Shown in pieces: positions 20,838-31,204 of a stretch of 64,000 nt of DNA (positions are counted from its first letter, which is position 1; every line of letters starts with the position of its first letter). The notes below the pieces were generated by a model. It searched no databases. It saw only the letters and a list, made by a program, of their open reading frames with translations, and was not told where the DNA came from. A program made the translations under genes and the position numbers. This DNA comes from Candidatus Saccharimonadia bacterium. GTDB lineage: Bacteria > Patescibacteriota > Saccharimonadia > UBA4664. The stretch is from the NCBI GenBank assembly GCA_035544015.1, contig DATKIP010000076.1, positions 128,299 to 192,298 on the forward strand. The letters are read 5' to 3'.

Positions 20838-20936
20838 CTACCCTAATGTCTTCGGCCGCATTGCACACGGATGGCGAGCAAGATCGGCCGACATTAGCAT
20901 TTTTACAGATGGCGCCGCGCCCCCGTACGGTGTAAA

Positions 20937-22244
20937 ATGCACTTCGTGAAATCTTCTGTTAATGTTGCTGTGATTGGAACCGGATATGTTGGCCTCACCA
21001 CGGGGGCGTGCTTGGCGAGCCTGGGGCACGATGTGGTGTGCGTGGATGTGGACGAGCGCAAAATTGAACAATTGCGGGCTGGGCACATGCCTATCATGGA
21101 GGCCGGCCTCGAGGAATTAGTGCAGGCCGGCGTGGCGGCTGGCCGGCTGCGGTTTGTGGTGGGCGCGGCCGGAGTGGTAGGGGACCGGCGCGTGGTGATG
21201 ATGTGTGTACCCACCCCGCAGGCCGCCGACGGCTCGGCCAACCTCAGCTACCTCATGGCGGCTACGGCCGAAATCAAGGATCACCTCGCCCCCGGCGCCG
21301 TGGTGGTCAACAAATCCACCGTGCCGGTGGGCACCGCCGAGCGGGTGGCGCAGGCACTGGGCCGCGCCGACGTGGCCGTGGCGTCCAATCCCGAATTTTT
21401 GCGCGAAGGCACTGCCGTGGCCGACTTTTTGGGCCCCGACCGCATCGTGATCGGCTCGGCCGACCCGGCAGCGGCTCGGGTGGTGGCTGGGCTGTATGGC
21501 GGCGTCGAGGCCCCCGTGATGCTCGTAGACGCGCGCACTGCCGAACTCATTAAGTATGCCTCAAATGCCTTTCTAGCGACCAAAATATCGTTTGCCAACT
21601 CCATCAGCGCCATCAGCGAGGAGCTCGGCGCCAACGCCCACGATGTGCTGGCCGGGGTGGGCGCCGATAGCCGCATTGGGCCGCAGTTTTTGCAGCCCGG
21701 ACCCGGCTGGGGCGGATCGTGTTTTCCCAAGGACACGCAGGCACTCATGGGGCTGGCGGCCTCGGTGGGGTACGAATTTGAACTGATGCAGGCCGTGGTG
21801 CGCGCCAACGCCGCCCAAACCGAGCGCATGGTAGAGCTGGTGCGGCGGCTCGCCGGCGGCCGGCTGGCCGGTGCCCGCGTGGCGGTGTGGGGCCTGAGCT
21901 TCAAGGCCGGCACCGACGACACCCGCGAGTCGCCGGCGCTGCGCGTCATCGCCGCGCTGCTGGCAGCCGGCGCCACCGTGGCCGCCTACGACCCCGCCGC
22001 CTCGGCGCCCGCCGGCGTGATCGCGGCTGCTAGCGCCCTCGAGGCGGCCGACGGCGCCGACGTGCTGGCGGTGCTCACCGAGTGGCCCGAGTTTGCCGCC
22101 GTGAGCCCCGCCGAGGTGGCGCAGCGCCTGGCGCACCGGCGCGTGCTCGACACCCGCCGGCTCCTCGACGCCGAGGCCTACACCGGTTTTGGCTTTACCA
22201 TGCACATTGTGGGCGTCGGCCACCTTGACCATAAGCGGTCTTAA
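20937..22244 (+). CDS. ugd: UDP-glucose 6-dehydrogenase
   Basis: GTGYVG, NPEFLREG, KYASNAFLA, GGSCFPKD. Confidence 0.95.
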   Translation: MHFVKSSVNVAVIGTGYVGLTTGACLASLGHDVVCVDVDERKIEQLRAGHMPIMEAGLEELVQAGVAAGRLRFVVGAAGVVGDRRVVMMCVPTPQAADGSANLSYLMAATAEIKDHLAPGAVVVNKSTVPVGTAERVAQALGRADVAVASNPEFLREGTAVADFLGPDRIVIGSADPAAARVVAGLYGGVEAPVMLVDARTAELIKYASNAFLATKISFANSISAISEELGANAHDVLAGVGADSRIGPQFLQPGPGWGGSCFPKDTQALMGLAASVGYEFELMQAVVRANAAQTERMVELVRRLAGGRLAGARVAVWGLSFKAGTDDTRESPALRVIAALLAAGATVAAYDPAASAPAGVIAAASALEAADGADVLAVLTEWPEFAAVSPAEVAQRLAHRRVLDTRRLLDAEAYTGFGFTMHIVGVGHLDHKRS

Positions 22245-22304
22245 TGTCATAATGAAATAACGCAGCGTCCCGCTGCTTGTACATTCGTCAGATTGGAGAC
22301 GGCC

Positions 22305-22715
22305 ATGCCGTATAGTCTCGTACCCGAGTTGGTGCCCTCAGAGGCGCCGGTGCACGGCGCCTACGTCGGCGTGCTCAGGCCCAGTTCGGTGTGGGGCCAG
22401 CCCACGATCGAGGCATTGGAGTGGTTCCTGGGCCACGACTGCCACGCTGTGGTCGTCGACTTCGACGTCAACCCCAACAGCCTCAGGTACACCCTCCGGG
22501 GCGCGCAGGGGGAGCGATTGGCCCCCAGGGTTGTGCAGCTCCTGGCTAGCGGCGGCATCCGGTCGTCCACCATGGGCCGCTTTGAGGCCCTCCACCTGGC
22601 GGCCGTCGTGAATCTGGGGGTCCGGACTCTGCTCTGCGACCGCAAGCGCGAGGCCCCCGACGGCTTCCCGGTGCTGGTGAGCCCCATCGAGCCGATTACC
22701 GCCCGCCCCCGCTGA
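22305..22715 (+). CDS. Hypothetical protein (accessory array unit 1)
   Basis: Promoter TTGACC-17-CATAAT, GGAG RBS, downstream conserved hairpin. Confidence 0.6.
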   Translation: MPYSLVPELVPSEAPVHGAYVGVLRPSSVWGQPTIEALEWFLGHDCHAVVVDFDVNPNSLRYTLRGAQGERLAPRVVQLLASGGIRSSTMGRFEALHLAAVVNLGVRTLLCDRKREAPDGFPVLVSPIEPITARPR

Positions 22716-22867
22716 CCCCTCCAACCAGATCTGGCGAATGCCCCCGGCGCACATGTTGCGCCGGGGGCTACGCTGTTTTGCGGCTTGACAAAAGCCAAAA
22801 ATAGTACAATGCTGAGTCAGCAGCGGCCGTCTGGCCGCTCATTCCGCTAGATACCCGCTTGGAGGGG

Positions 22868-23368
22868 ATGCACATGTTTGCCAGCCCCAACGGCGAGCCC
22901 CGGTTCGCCTGCACGCTGGGAGAGACCGTTGCTCCATTTCTCCCCCGCACGCACCTCGACCAACCCCTACCCTCGTGCGGGCCAGATGACGACCCCGTGG
23001 TCATCACCGCCGCCTACGAGGTGATCGGCGAGCCCCTCACGCCGGCGCTCGCCAGCCGCGTCGCCGCCGTGCTCGAGGCCCACCCCGCCGCCTGCCTCGT
23101 CGCGGTGTCGGCCGAAGCATTCAGCTTCCAGTTGCCGGGCCCCGTGGGCGAGCCCCTGCCGGCGCCGGTCCCCGAGCTGTTGGGCTGGCCGGCCGGCACT
23201 GTGTTGGATTGGTCTCGCGCCGATTCGATGCTGGAATCGGTGAAAGCTGCCGTGGCGGCTGCGCTGCTCAACGACGACTTGCCCGACCACATCGTCAACC
23301 TCACCCTCCGCACGTACGCGGCACCCGGTAGCGACGCCGTCGCCGGCGTACAGAGGACGCGACGGTAG
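22868..23368 (+). CDS. Hypothetical protein (accessory array unit 2)
   Basis: GGAGG RBS; TTGACA and TACAAT upstream; hairpin downstream. Confidence 0.6.
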   Translation: MHMFASPNGEPRFACTLGETVAPFLPRTHLDQPLPSCGPDDDPVVITAAYEVIGEPLTPALASRVAAVLEAHPAACLVAVSAEAFSFQLPGPVGEPLPAPVPELLGWPAGTVLDWSRADSMLESVKAAVAAALLNDDLPDHIVNLTLRTYAAPGSDAVAGVQRTRR

Positions 23369-23563
23369 TTTGAGCTTCGCCACATCGCTCGGCCCTAACC
23401 CTGCCGACCCCTTGTCCCTCAATCTAGCGATGATCCCCGGCGCGCATCGTGCGCCGGGGATCCGTCATGTTGGGGGCAGCGCTCTGGACCCATTGACCGC
23501 CGGCATATTAAATGCCATAATGGTCGTCCGCAGCAACCGCTGTGCATCTGTCGGATCACAGAA

Positions 23564-23992
23564 GTGAGGGGTTCGTTGACGCCACTCGTCGGCCTTCACC
23601 AGATGTGGGGCGGAGACACCGGCCCGCACGGTGGCAGGTTCACGTTTTTCCTCGCCGACTCCACCGGGCAACAGCCCGCTCAACCGGTCGAGGCGTACAA
23701 AATTCCTGATCCCACCGCCGCCGCGTTAGGAGGGTATCTCAACGCTCTGGCCGGAGTTACCGCCAATCTCGGCCAGCTCACGGTCGTATATTTCCTGCGT
23801 CCGGAAGAGTGGCCCCCCGACCGCCGCCTGAGGCCCGAAACCGTCCGCAAGAAAATGCGTGACGCCATCACCGGCGTCGCCATTCGGGCATTCAACCACA
23901 ACCGGCTCGTTGAGCCCGCCAGGATCGGCCCAATCTACACGGCCGTCACCCCGCCGCCGTCCCCACCGCTCCCGCCCCCCGACCAAACCTGA
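23564..23992 (+). CDS. Hypothetical protein (accessory array unit 3)
   Basis: Promoter TTGACC-17-CATAAT; hairpin downstream; start uncertain. Confidence 0.55.
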   Translation: MRGSLTPLVGLHQMWGGDTGPHGGRFTFFLADSTGQQPAQPVEAYKIPDPTAAALGGYLNALAGVTANLGQLTVVYFLRPEEWPPDRRLRPETVRKKMRDAITGVAIRAFNHNRLVEPARIGPIYTAVTPPPSPPLPPPDQT

Positions 23993-24136
23993 TCCGACCC
24001 GCCCCCGGCGCGCACGTTGCGCCGGGGGTTGAGTCTGTTAAGCCAAAGTTGATTCCAGGAAGCATTAGTAGTATAATAACCAAATGGCGAAACTACCTTC
24101 GCCGTCGTCAGAACGAGTGCAAAGGAGCACAGGCTC

Positions 24137-24484
24137 ATGACTACCCTGGAAAGAGGGACCGAACATGTCGAAACCGAGCCGGTCGAGATCGAGCTAGAGC
24201 CTTCCACCGACGGTGGGACACTCCGCGCTACTGTCGGATTGACGGTAGCCGACATCCACGCCGCAATCCTCGTGCAGCTCCATCGACAGCCTGCGGGCCT
24301 AGCGGCCGTAATGAGGCTCAACGTGGTGAATAACCGGACGTTCGAGTTCACCGTGCTCTACGGTGCTGATGTCGGAGCCGTCACGGGACGGCTCCTCCAG
24401 GCGGTCTCGACCGTCTTCGCGAGTGCCCTGGGCACCCCGGTCAGCCTTGGCCCTCGGGCTTACCGGCTGGCCCCGCGAGCCTGA
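24137..24484 (+). CDS. Hypothetical protein (accessory array unit 4)
   Basis: Promoter TTGATT-17-TATAAT; AAGGAG RBS. Confidence 0.6.
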   Translation: MTTLERGTEHVETEPVEIELEPSTDGGTLRATVGLTVADIHAAILVQLHRQPAGLAAVMRLNVVNNRTFEFTVLYGADVGAVTGRLLQAVSTVFASALGTPVSLGPRAYRLAPRA

Positions 24485-24606
24485 GTCCACGCAACAAACC
24501 CACGCGTCCGCTCAATGTTCACGCCACAAGCACAACACCCTGACGGTAAGCCCCTGGTATCCGCAACCGCGGAGGCCGGGGGCTACGTCTTTGGTACACT
24601 GTCTGC

Positions 24607-26238
24607 ATGCATCATTCCTCTCAAATTATTCGCGCACGGCCGTGGCTAGTGTTTCTGGGACTCGCCCTGATCGTACTCGGTCCGCTGCTGCTGCCGGGGT
24701 ATGTGCTCACGGTTGATCTGAGCTGGGGTCCGCACATGGCTGCTTCCGATATGCTCAGCAACACCGCCCCGCTGTGGTGGCTCATTCGAGCGCTCAGTGT
24801 GGTGCTGCCGGGCTGGGTGGTCGAGAAGCTCGTGCTCGTGGGGTTGCCGGTGCTAACGGGGGTGGGCATGTGGCGATTGGCGGCGCGTCGGTCGCCGGGC
24901 TGGTCGGCCTACGCGGCCGGCCTCATGTACGTGGTCAACCCCTTCACCTACGAACGGCTCATGGCCGGCCAATGGCTCGTGCTGGCCGGCTACGCGTTGT
25001 TGCCCTGGCTGGTGGATGCCCTGCTGCGGCTCCTTGAGCGTCCCGGCGCGCGGCGGGCGCTGGTGCTCGGGGCCTGGGCGGTCGGCCTGGGCATGGCGTC
25101 GCTGCACCTGCTGCCCATGGCCGCGCTACTGCTCGCCGCCGTCATCGCCGCCAGCGCCTGGGGCCGAGGGTGGCGGCCGCACACCGGACGCTGGCTGGCA
25201 CTGGCCACGGCCCTGTGGCTGGCGGCCGCCAGCGCCTGGCTCGTGCCCTGGCTGCTGCACCGTTCGGCGGCAGCCCGCGCCGTGGCCGGCTTCGACGCCG
25301 GGCAGTTCGAGGCCTTCCGCACCACCGCCGGCCCCCTCGGCGCGCCGGCCGCCGTGGCCGCGCTCCAGGGCTTTTGGGGCGAGCGCACCGGCCTGGTGGT
25401 GCCCGGCTCGAGCACGGGCGCATGGTTTTGGCTTGCTGCAGCCACAATACTCATCTTAGCCATCATCGGCCTCGTGCTAGCAGTGCGCCGGCGCGATCGG
25501 CTCGGGCTGGCACTGGCCGTCGCGGCTAGCCTGGCCTGGCTGCTCGCCATTGGTGTCGCTTGGCCGCCCACCGCGGCGCTCACGCACCTTCTCGTCGATC
25601 ACCTGCCGTTTTATCGCGGCTACCGTGAGCCCCAAAAGTGGGCGGCGCTCATCGCGCTGGCCTATGCCTACTTGGCGTCCGGTGCGCTGGCCGCTGCCGG
25701 CACTCGGCTCCAGCCCTTCTGGCGGCGCGGCCTCCTGGCAGCTACGGCCGTGCTGGTGTTTGCCTGGGCGCCGCTGCTGCCGTGGGGAGCGGCCGGCCAG
25801 CTCACCGCCACGGCCTATCCCGCCGGCTGGTCCGATCTCAATGCGCGGCTGAACGCTCTGCCGGCAGCCCCGCCCGGACATCCCGACACACTTATGTTGC
25901 CATGGCATCAATATATCTACCTCGATTTCGCCCATCGTCCCGTTGCCAACCCCTCAGCGCAGTTTTTTGACCGTCCAGGTATTGTCTCGAACGACCCCGA
26001 GCTGCCCGGTGTACCTCCCGATTCAGATTTAGGCATTGTCAATAAAATACAAAATGATGTCATAGATCGCCGATTTTTTGAGCATAATGCCGGTTCTAGA
26101 TTACGGGCCCTCGGGGTACACTACGTTGTGCTCATAAAGGTGTCGGACTGGCAAAACTACGGTTGGCTCCGCGCTCAGAGCGATCTTACCTTAGTCGCGG
26201 AGACCCCCGATTGGCAGCTATACCAGGCCATCCCATGA
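24607..26238 (+). CDS. GT-C/AftD-like polytopic membrane glycosyltransferase
   Basis: Multi-TM; YVVNPFTYER and GYREPQKW resemble the N-terminal part of the 17175 protein. Confidence 0.7.
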   Translation: MHHSSQIIRARPWLVFLGLALIVLGPLLLPGYVLTVDLSWGPHMAASDMLSNTAPLWWLIRALSVVLPGWVVEKLVLVGLPVLTGVGMWRLAARRSPGWSAYAAGLMYVVNPFTYERLMAGQWLVLAGYALLPWLVDALLRLLERPGARRALVLGAWAVGLGMASLHLLPMAALLLAAVIAASAWGRGWRPHTGRWLALATALWLAAASAWLVPWLLHRSAAARAVAGFDAGQFEAFRTTAGPLGAPAAVAALQGFWGERTGLVVPGSSTGAWFWLAAATILILAIIGLVLAVRRRDRLGLALAVAASLAWLLAIGVAWPPTAALTHLLVDHLPFYRGYREPQKWAALIALAYAYLASGALAAAGTRLQPFWRRGLLAATAVLVFAWAPLLPWGAAGQLTATAYPAGWSDLNARLNALPAAPPGHPDTLMLPWHQYIYLDFAHRPVANPSAQFFDRPGIVSNDPELPGVPPDSDLGIVNKIQNDVIDRRFFEHNAGSRLRALGVHYVVLIKVSDWQNYGWLRAQSDLTLVAETPDWQLYQAIP

Positions 26239-26717
26239 CTGCACCGCCCGGCATTTCCGGAGACATTTACCGTCCGGTACGCCCCGCGCCGGTGCGTCGA
26301 GGTCAGCTGCCGGTGCCTGCGGGGATGCCACGGCGTGTTCATCAAGCGTCCCCCGTCCAGCCCCGGCCACGCACCAGACGATCACAGAGATGGTTATGGA
26401 ATCTGGCCCAGTACCCGCTCATCGCCGCGCTGGCCTTCGGCGCCGCCGCCAGCTCCATGTTTGGGCAGGCAGCCATCGCGGTATATGCATTAGCGGTAGT
26501 CGTCAGCCGCCGGATCCCCAGCAGCACAAGTTTCGTTCTTGCTCTGGTTATCCTAGTCTCCATCCCCGTGTTTAGCGCACTCGGGCAGTCCGGCCTCGCA
26601 CACAACGCCGCCATTTACGTCTTTGAGCTGTTGGTGGTTGGCACGATCCAGGCTATAGTAGAATTAAAGCATACAGATATTGAGAGGGGGTCCGCCTCCT
26701 CGCAGGCAAGGAGGTGA
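26235..26717 (+). CDS. Hypothetical membrane protein
   Basis: ATGA overlap with the previous gene; about 4 TMs. Confidence 0.65.
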   Translation: MTAPPGISGDIYRPVRPAPVRRGQLPVPAGMPRRVHQASPVQPRPRTRRSQRWLWNLAQYPLIAALAFGAAASSMFGQAAIAVYALAVVVSRRIPSSTSFVLALVILVSIPVFSALGQSGLAHNAAIYVFELLVVGTIQAIVELKHTDIERGSASSQARR

Positions 26718-26723
26718 TCCAAT

Positions 26724-27311
26724 ATGGCCAACACTAATCGTCCCAGCATCAACCGACAAATAATCGCCAAGGCGGTGTTCGCCATCAGCTTGGTGGCCGT
26801 CACTGCCACCGTGGGCGTAGTAGGCTTCGCGCAGGCCGACCGGAGCACCACGCCCGTCGCTGCCCGCGACGGCTACGGCGGCATAGCCGAGCAAATCCGG
26901 GCGGCCGTTGATGCCCTCAATCAAGCCCTCGCTGCTGCCAATGACAAATTCCAGACCGACATCCAGAAGTGTGTCGACGATCACCTAGGCGGCCAGTCCA
27001 CCGTCGTGTCCAACTTCCGCTCATCCTCCACGAGCGCTATAGGTGATCTCAGCGCCAAAGCCGCCAGTCCCGCTGCGCTCAGTTCCGACGCCAAACTCGA
27101 TACCACGTTCAAGGCCGCCAATGCCCAGCTCCAATCGCGTCTCGACGGCGATGAAGCGCTCATGGTCGCGCAAGCTACCGCTTCTGGTCGCCTGTCCAAT
27201 CAAAACACCTTCCGCGCCTGCATCCGAACCGCCCGCAACACCTACCGCGATGCCATTAATGACGCGCTCAGGACCTTCCGCAAGGCTATCCACGATATCC
27301 TGCACCCCTAG
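26724..27311 (+). CDS. Secreted helical hypothetical protein
   Basis: AGGAGGT RBS; signal-peptide-like N-terminus; two Cys. Confidence 0.7.
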   Translation: MANTNRPSINRQIIAKAVFAISLVAVTATVGVVGFAQADRSTTPVAARDGYGGIAEQIRAAVDALNQALAAANDKFQTDIQKCVDDHLGGQSTVVSNFRSSSTSAIGDLSAKAASPAALSSDAKLDTTFKAANAQLQSRLDGDEALMVAQATASGRLSNQNTFRACIRTARNTYRDAINDALRTFRKAIHDILHP

Positions 27312-27340
27312 TCGGTCTCAAATGGTGCTACACTAAAGAA

Positions 27341-28753
27341 ATGTTAGCTGCATCATTCAAACGCACCAAAATTATCGCCACCATTGGCCCCGCCTCTAAC
27401 TCCCCGCAAGTACTGGAACAACTCATGCTTGCGGGGGTTAATGCGTTCCGCCTTAACTTTTCGCATGGCACCCAAGAGGAGCACGGCGAAGTCCTCAAGA
27501 TTGCCCGCAAACTCAGTGCCAAGCATGAGCGCCCCGTCGCCGTCATCGCCGACCTTCAGGGCCCCAAGATCCGCGTCGGCACTTTGCCGGCCGACGGCCT
27601 GCCGTTCGTCCGCGATAATTTGGTGCGGTTCCAATATGGAGCCACGTTTGACTCCACTGGCATCATTCCCGTGCAACATGATATTTCGCGCTACCTCAAA
27701 AAAGGCGAGCGCATTTTTCTGCGCGATGGCATGATCCAGATTGAAGTTCACAAAATCGAAAAAGGCCTTATCACCGGCCAAGTTCTCACGCCCGGCCTCC
27801 TCTACTCCAACCAAGGCATGAACCTACCCGACTCTGATCTTGGCGGCGACATCCTCACCTCCAAGGACATATCCGACATTGAATTCGCGGTGAAGGCCAA
27901 GGCCGATTACATCGCCCTCTCCTTTGTTCAGACGGCCCAAGATATCCTGAGTCTCAAGGAGCGGCTAGCCAAATTCGGCTCCGATCTGCGCGTGATTGCC
28001 AAGGTCGAAACCGCCGCCGCCGTCGCCAACCTCGAAGAGATCGTGATCGCTAGCGACGCTCTCATGGTGGCCCGCGGCGACCTGGCCGTCGAAACCATGC
28101 CCGAGGCCGTACCCGCTGTGCAGCGTCGCATGATCGAGCTGGCGAAGCATCATCGCAAGACCGTCATCGTGGCCACTCAAATGCTCGAGAGCATGATTCA
28201 ATCCCCGCAACCCACCCGCGCCGAAGTGTCAGACGTGGCCACCGCTGTCATGGAGGGCACCGACGCCGTGATGCTCTCCGGCGAAACCGCCATGGGCCTC
28301 TTCCCGGTCGAAACCGTGCGCATGATGAAGCGCGTCATCCTTTATGCCGAGCGCGAAGAAAACCACGTCCACATGGGCGATCACGTGGAGTTTGTGGGCG
28401 GAGAACCCGCCAACGCCATCTCCGCCGCCGCCGTGGTACTGGCCCATCAGCTGCCCGCCAAAGTCATCGTGGCCGAAACCAGCTCTGGCCAAACCGCCCG
28501 CAACATTTCCGCCCTGCGTCCCAACGTGCCCATCATCATGGTGACCGATCACGAGCGGGTCTACTACCAAATGGCTATCGTCTGGGGCGGCAAATCCTAT
28601 CTCGCCGAATCCATGGAAGACGCCACCGACCACGTCCTGCGCCTGCTCAAATCCGCCGGCAACATTCACAAAGGCGACAACGCCGTCGTAGCTTCTGGCA
28701 ATCAGCCAGGACTCATCGGCGGCACCGACAAGGTTGTCATCAAGGTCGCCTAG
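27341..28753 (+). CDS. pyk: Pyruvate kinase
   Basis: TKIIATIGPAS, RLNFSHG, DLQGPKIR, MVARGDL, ATQMLESM. Confidence 0.98.
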   Translation: MLAASFKRTKIIATIGPASNSPQVLEQLMLAGVNAFRLNFSHGTQEEHGEVLKIARKLSAKHERPVAVIADLQGPKIRVGTLPADGLPFVRDNLVRFQYGATFDSTGIIPVQHDISRYLKKGERIFLRDGMIQIEVHKIEKGLITGQVLTPGLLYSNQGMNLPDSDLGGDILTSKDISDIEFAVKAKADYIALSFVQTAQDILSLKERLAKFGSDLRVIAKVETAAAVANLEEIVIASDALMVARGDLAVETMPEAVPAVQRRMIELAKHHRKTVIVATQMLESMIQSPQPTRAEVSDVATAVMEGTDAVMLSGETAMGLFPVETVRMMKRVILYAEREENHVHMGDHVEFVGGEPANAISAAAVVLAHQLPAKVIVAETSSGQTARNISALRPNVPIIMVTDHERVYYQMAIVWGGKSYLAESMEDATDHVLRLLKSAGNIHKGDNAVVASGNQPGLIGGTDKVVIKVA

Positions 28754-29037
28754 CGCCAACCCAGCCGAGCCCGGCTCAATTCCACAGCTCGCCCCAACGT
28801 GCGCGCTTCCAGCTCCAACCGCCGCCGGCCTTTGTCGGTGAGCCGGTAAGTTGTGTCCGTTCGCTCGAGCAGCCCTGTTCGGACCAAGCTAGCCAAACTT
28901 TCATACAACGTCCCGTCTGCCAAATACATTCCAACCGTGTCCTCCAAAATTTGTCGGCGCACACTCGCACCCCGCAAGGGTCCCTCTGCCAAGGCCAATA
29001 ATAGATAAAACTTTGTCGACTCCAGTGGACCTGTCAT
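28750..29037 (-). CDS. PadR-family winged-helix regulator
   Basis: LLLALAEGPLRG...GTLYESL..L...YRLTDKGR; AAGGAG RBS. Confidence 0.85.
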   Translation of the reverse strand: MTGPLESTKFYLLLALAEGPLRGASVRRQILEDTVGMYLADGTLYESLASLVRTGLLERTDTTYRLTDKGRRRLELEARTLGRAVELSRARLGWR

Positions 29038-29068
29038 GACGCTCCTTCCGACTCACGCATCGTGCCAT

Positions 29069-29138
29069 TGTAACGGAATCCGAGGGTTTCTCAATTACTT
29101 ACGCTCACACTCGCCAGAAATCCTCGGATTCCGTTACA
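29069..29138. repeat. 23-bp inverted repeat with 24-nt loop between padR and pgk
   Basis: TGTAACGGAATCCGAGGGTTTCT / AGAAATCCTCGGATTCCGTTACA with one G-T pair. Confidence 0.85.
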
Positions 29139-29198
29139 CCCTATCCATGAGCGTGCTTCGAAACAGACAGTAGTCAAAAAATCCACTACACTAACCAT

Positions 29199-30404
29199 AT
29201 GAACAAGCAAACCATCCGCGACATTGATGTCCAAAATAAAACCATTTTCGCTCGCCTCGATTGGAACGTCCCGGTCGAAAACGGCGCCGTCACCGACGCC
29301 TTTCGCATCGAAGCCACCCGCTCCACCCTGGAGTACCTCTGGAGTAAAAACTGCAAAATAGTCATCGCGAGCCACCTCGGCCGCCCCGATGGTAAGCCTG
29401 ATCCCAAATTTAGCCTCGAACCAGTAGCCCAAAAAGCTGCCGAAGTATTGGGCCGGCCAGTGAAATTCGTGTCCGATTGCGTCGGCCCCGAAGCCGAAGC
29501 AGCCGTGGCCGCCCTCCAGCTCGGCGGCATGCTGTGCCTCGAAAACGTGCGCTTCCATCGCGAAGAAGAAGCCAACGACCCCGCCTTCGCCAAGCAGCTG
29601 GCCGCTTTCGGCGACATCTTCGTCTACGACGCCTTTGCTTCCTATCGCCCGCACGCCTCCACCGAAGGCATTTCGCACTACCTGCCCGCCGTGGCCGGCC
29701 TGCTGGTGGAGCGCGAAGTCGACACCATTACCGGGGCCGTCGAGCATCCCAACCGCCCGCTCGTGGCCGTGATCGGCGGCGCCAAAGTCTCCACCAAGCT
29801 CGAGATTCTCACCAACCTCATTCCCAAAGTCGACGCCATGCTGCTCACCGGCCCCATCGCCAACACGTTTGCGCTCGTGCAGGGTACCAATATCGGCCTC
29901 AGCGTAGCCGAGCGCGACGCCGAAGCCGACGTCAAAAAGCTCCTGGCCATAGCCGAGAGCGAAAACACCCACCTCGTGCTCCCGGCCGACGTCATGGTCT
30001 CAGAAAGCCTTACCGAAGCCAAAAACCTGCACCAAACGCCCCTAGCCGGCGTAGGCGCCAAAGAGTATATCGTGGATGCCGCCCCAAACTACGGCGCCCG
30101 CCTCAAGTCCGAAATCTACGATTTCCTCGATTTTGACGGCAAATCCACCGTCATCTGGAACGGACCGCTCGGCATCACCGAGGTCAAAGAATTTCGCGCC
30201 GGCTCCCGCGCCATGGCCGACGCCATCATCGCGTCCAAGGCCGTCTCGATCATCGGCGGCGGCGACACCGCCGATTTCATCGACGGCGAAGGCCTGCACG
30301 ACCAATTCACCTGGGTCTCCACCGGCGGCGGCGCCAGCCTCGAGCTCATGAGCGGCAAAGGCCTGGCCTGCGTCGACGCCCTGCTCGACAAACAATTGGC
30401 ATAA
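29199..30404 (+). CDS. pgk: Phosphoglycerate kinase
   Basis: DWNVP, SHLGRP, LENVRF, GGAKVSTK, WNGPLG, STGGGASLE. Confidence 0.97.
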   Translation: MNKQTIRDIDVQNKTIFARLDWNVPVENGAVTDAFRIEATRSTLEYLWSKNCKIVIASHLGRPDGKPDPKFSLEPVAQKAAEVLGRPVKFVSDCVGPEAEAAVAALQLGGMLCLENVRFHREEEANDPAFAKQLAAFGDIFVYDAFASYRPHASTEGISHYLPAVAGLLVEREVDTITGAVEHPNRPLVAVIGGAKVSTKLEILTNLIPKVDAMLLTGPIANTFALVQGTNIGLSVAERDAEADVKKLLAIAESENTHLVLPADVMVSESLTEAKNLHQTPLAGVGAKEYIVDAAPNYGARLKSEIYDFLDFDGKSTVIWNGPLGITEVKEFRAGSRAMADAIIASKAVSIIGGGDTADFIDGEGLHDQFTWVSTGGGASLELMSGKGLACVDALLDKQLA

Positions 30405-30424
30405 GCGTTACTATAGCGAAGAAG

Positions 30425-31192
30425 ATGAAGCGCCTCATAGTTGCCAACTGGAAGATGAACCTGGGCCCGGGCGAGGCCAGCTTGCTCATGCGCCGGCTCG
30501 ATGAGCACATTGAAGCCAAATCCAGCACCGAAATCGTCATTTGCCCGCCGGCTATCGATCTCTACCCGCTGGCCAAAGACCTCGACCGCAAGAAATTTAA
30601 GCTCGGCGCTCAAAACGTCCATTACCTCGATTCCGGCCCCTACACCGGCGAAATCTCTCCCGCCATGCTCGCCGGCCTAGCCGATTACGTCATTGTCGGA
30701 CACTCCGAGCGCCGGGCGATGGGGGAGGATGACTCGCTCATCGCCGCCAAGCTGTCCGCTGCGGTGCGCAACAACCTCACGCCCGTGCTGTGCATCGGCG
30801 AAAATCTCCACGACCACCAGCACAACCTCGCCGAGCGTGTCGTGGTCGATCAACTCACGGCCGCGCTCGCCAACCTCACGGCCGACGATATTGCCGGCCT
30901 GGTCATCGCCTACGAGCCGGTGTGGGCCATCAATCACCACGACGGCCATCCGCCGCGCCCCGCCACCCCCGACGATATCCGTTTTGCTTACCGCGCCATC
31001 CGCACCACCCTCGAGGAACTCTACGGCGAAGGCGGCCTCGCGGGCGTCCGGCTGCTCTACGGCGGCAGTGTCGACCCCGACCACTGCCGGGCCTACCTAG
31101 AAATGGATCACGTCGACGGCCTCTTGCCCGGCACCTCCAGCCTCAACTACGAATCGTTCGCCAAAATCGTCAAAACCGTCCAAAGCCTGTAA
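30425..31192 (+). CDS. tpiA: Triosephosphate isomerase
   Basis: ANWKMN, GHSERR, AYEPVWAI, LYGGSV. Confidence 0.97.
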   Translation: MKRLIVANWKMNLGPGEASLLMRRLDEHIEAKSSTEIVICPPAIDLYPLAKDLDRKKFKLGAQNVHYLDSGPYTGEISPAMLAGLADYVIVGHSERRAMGEDDSLIAAKLSAAVRNNLTPVLCIGENLHDHQHNLAERVVVDQLTAALANLTADDIAGLVIAYEPVWAINHHDGHPPRPATPDDIRFAYRAIRTTLEELYGEGGLAGVRLLYGGSVDPDHCRAYLEMDHVDGLLPGTSSLNYESFAKIVKTVQSL

Positions 31193-31204
31193 AATAGTTC
31201 CATT

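Larger units (their letters stand above)
22740..24029 (+). repeat. Three copies of hairpin CCCCGGCGC-N-GCGCCGGGG (22740-22768, 23432-23462, 24001-24029)
   Basis: Near-identical GC hairpins follow three consecutive small ORFs. Confidence 0.85.

Noticed and set aside
22740-24029. CRISPR array
   Set aside because: Repeats are about 600 bp apart and separated by ORFs; no cas genes.
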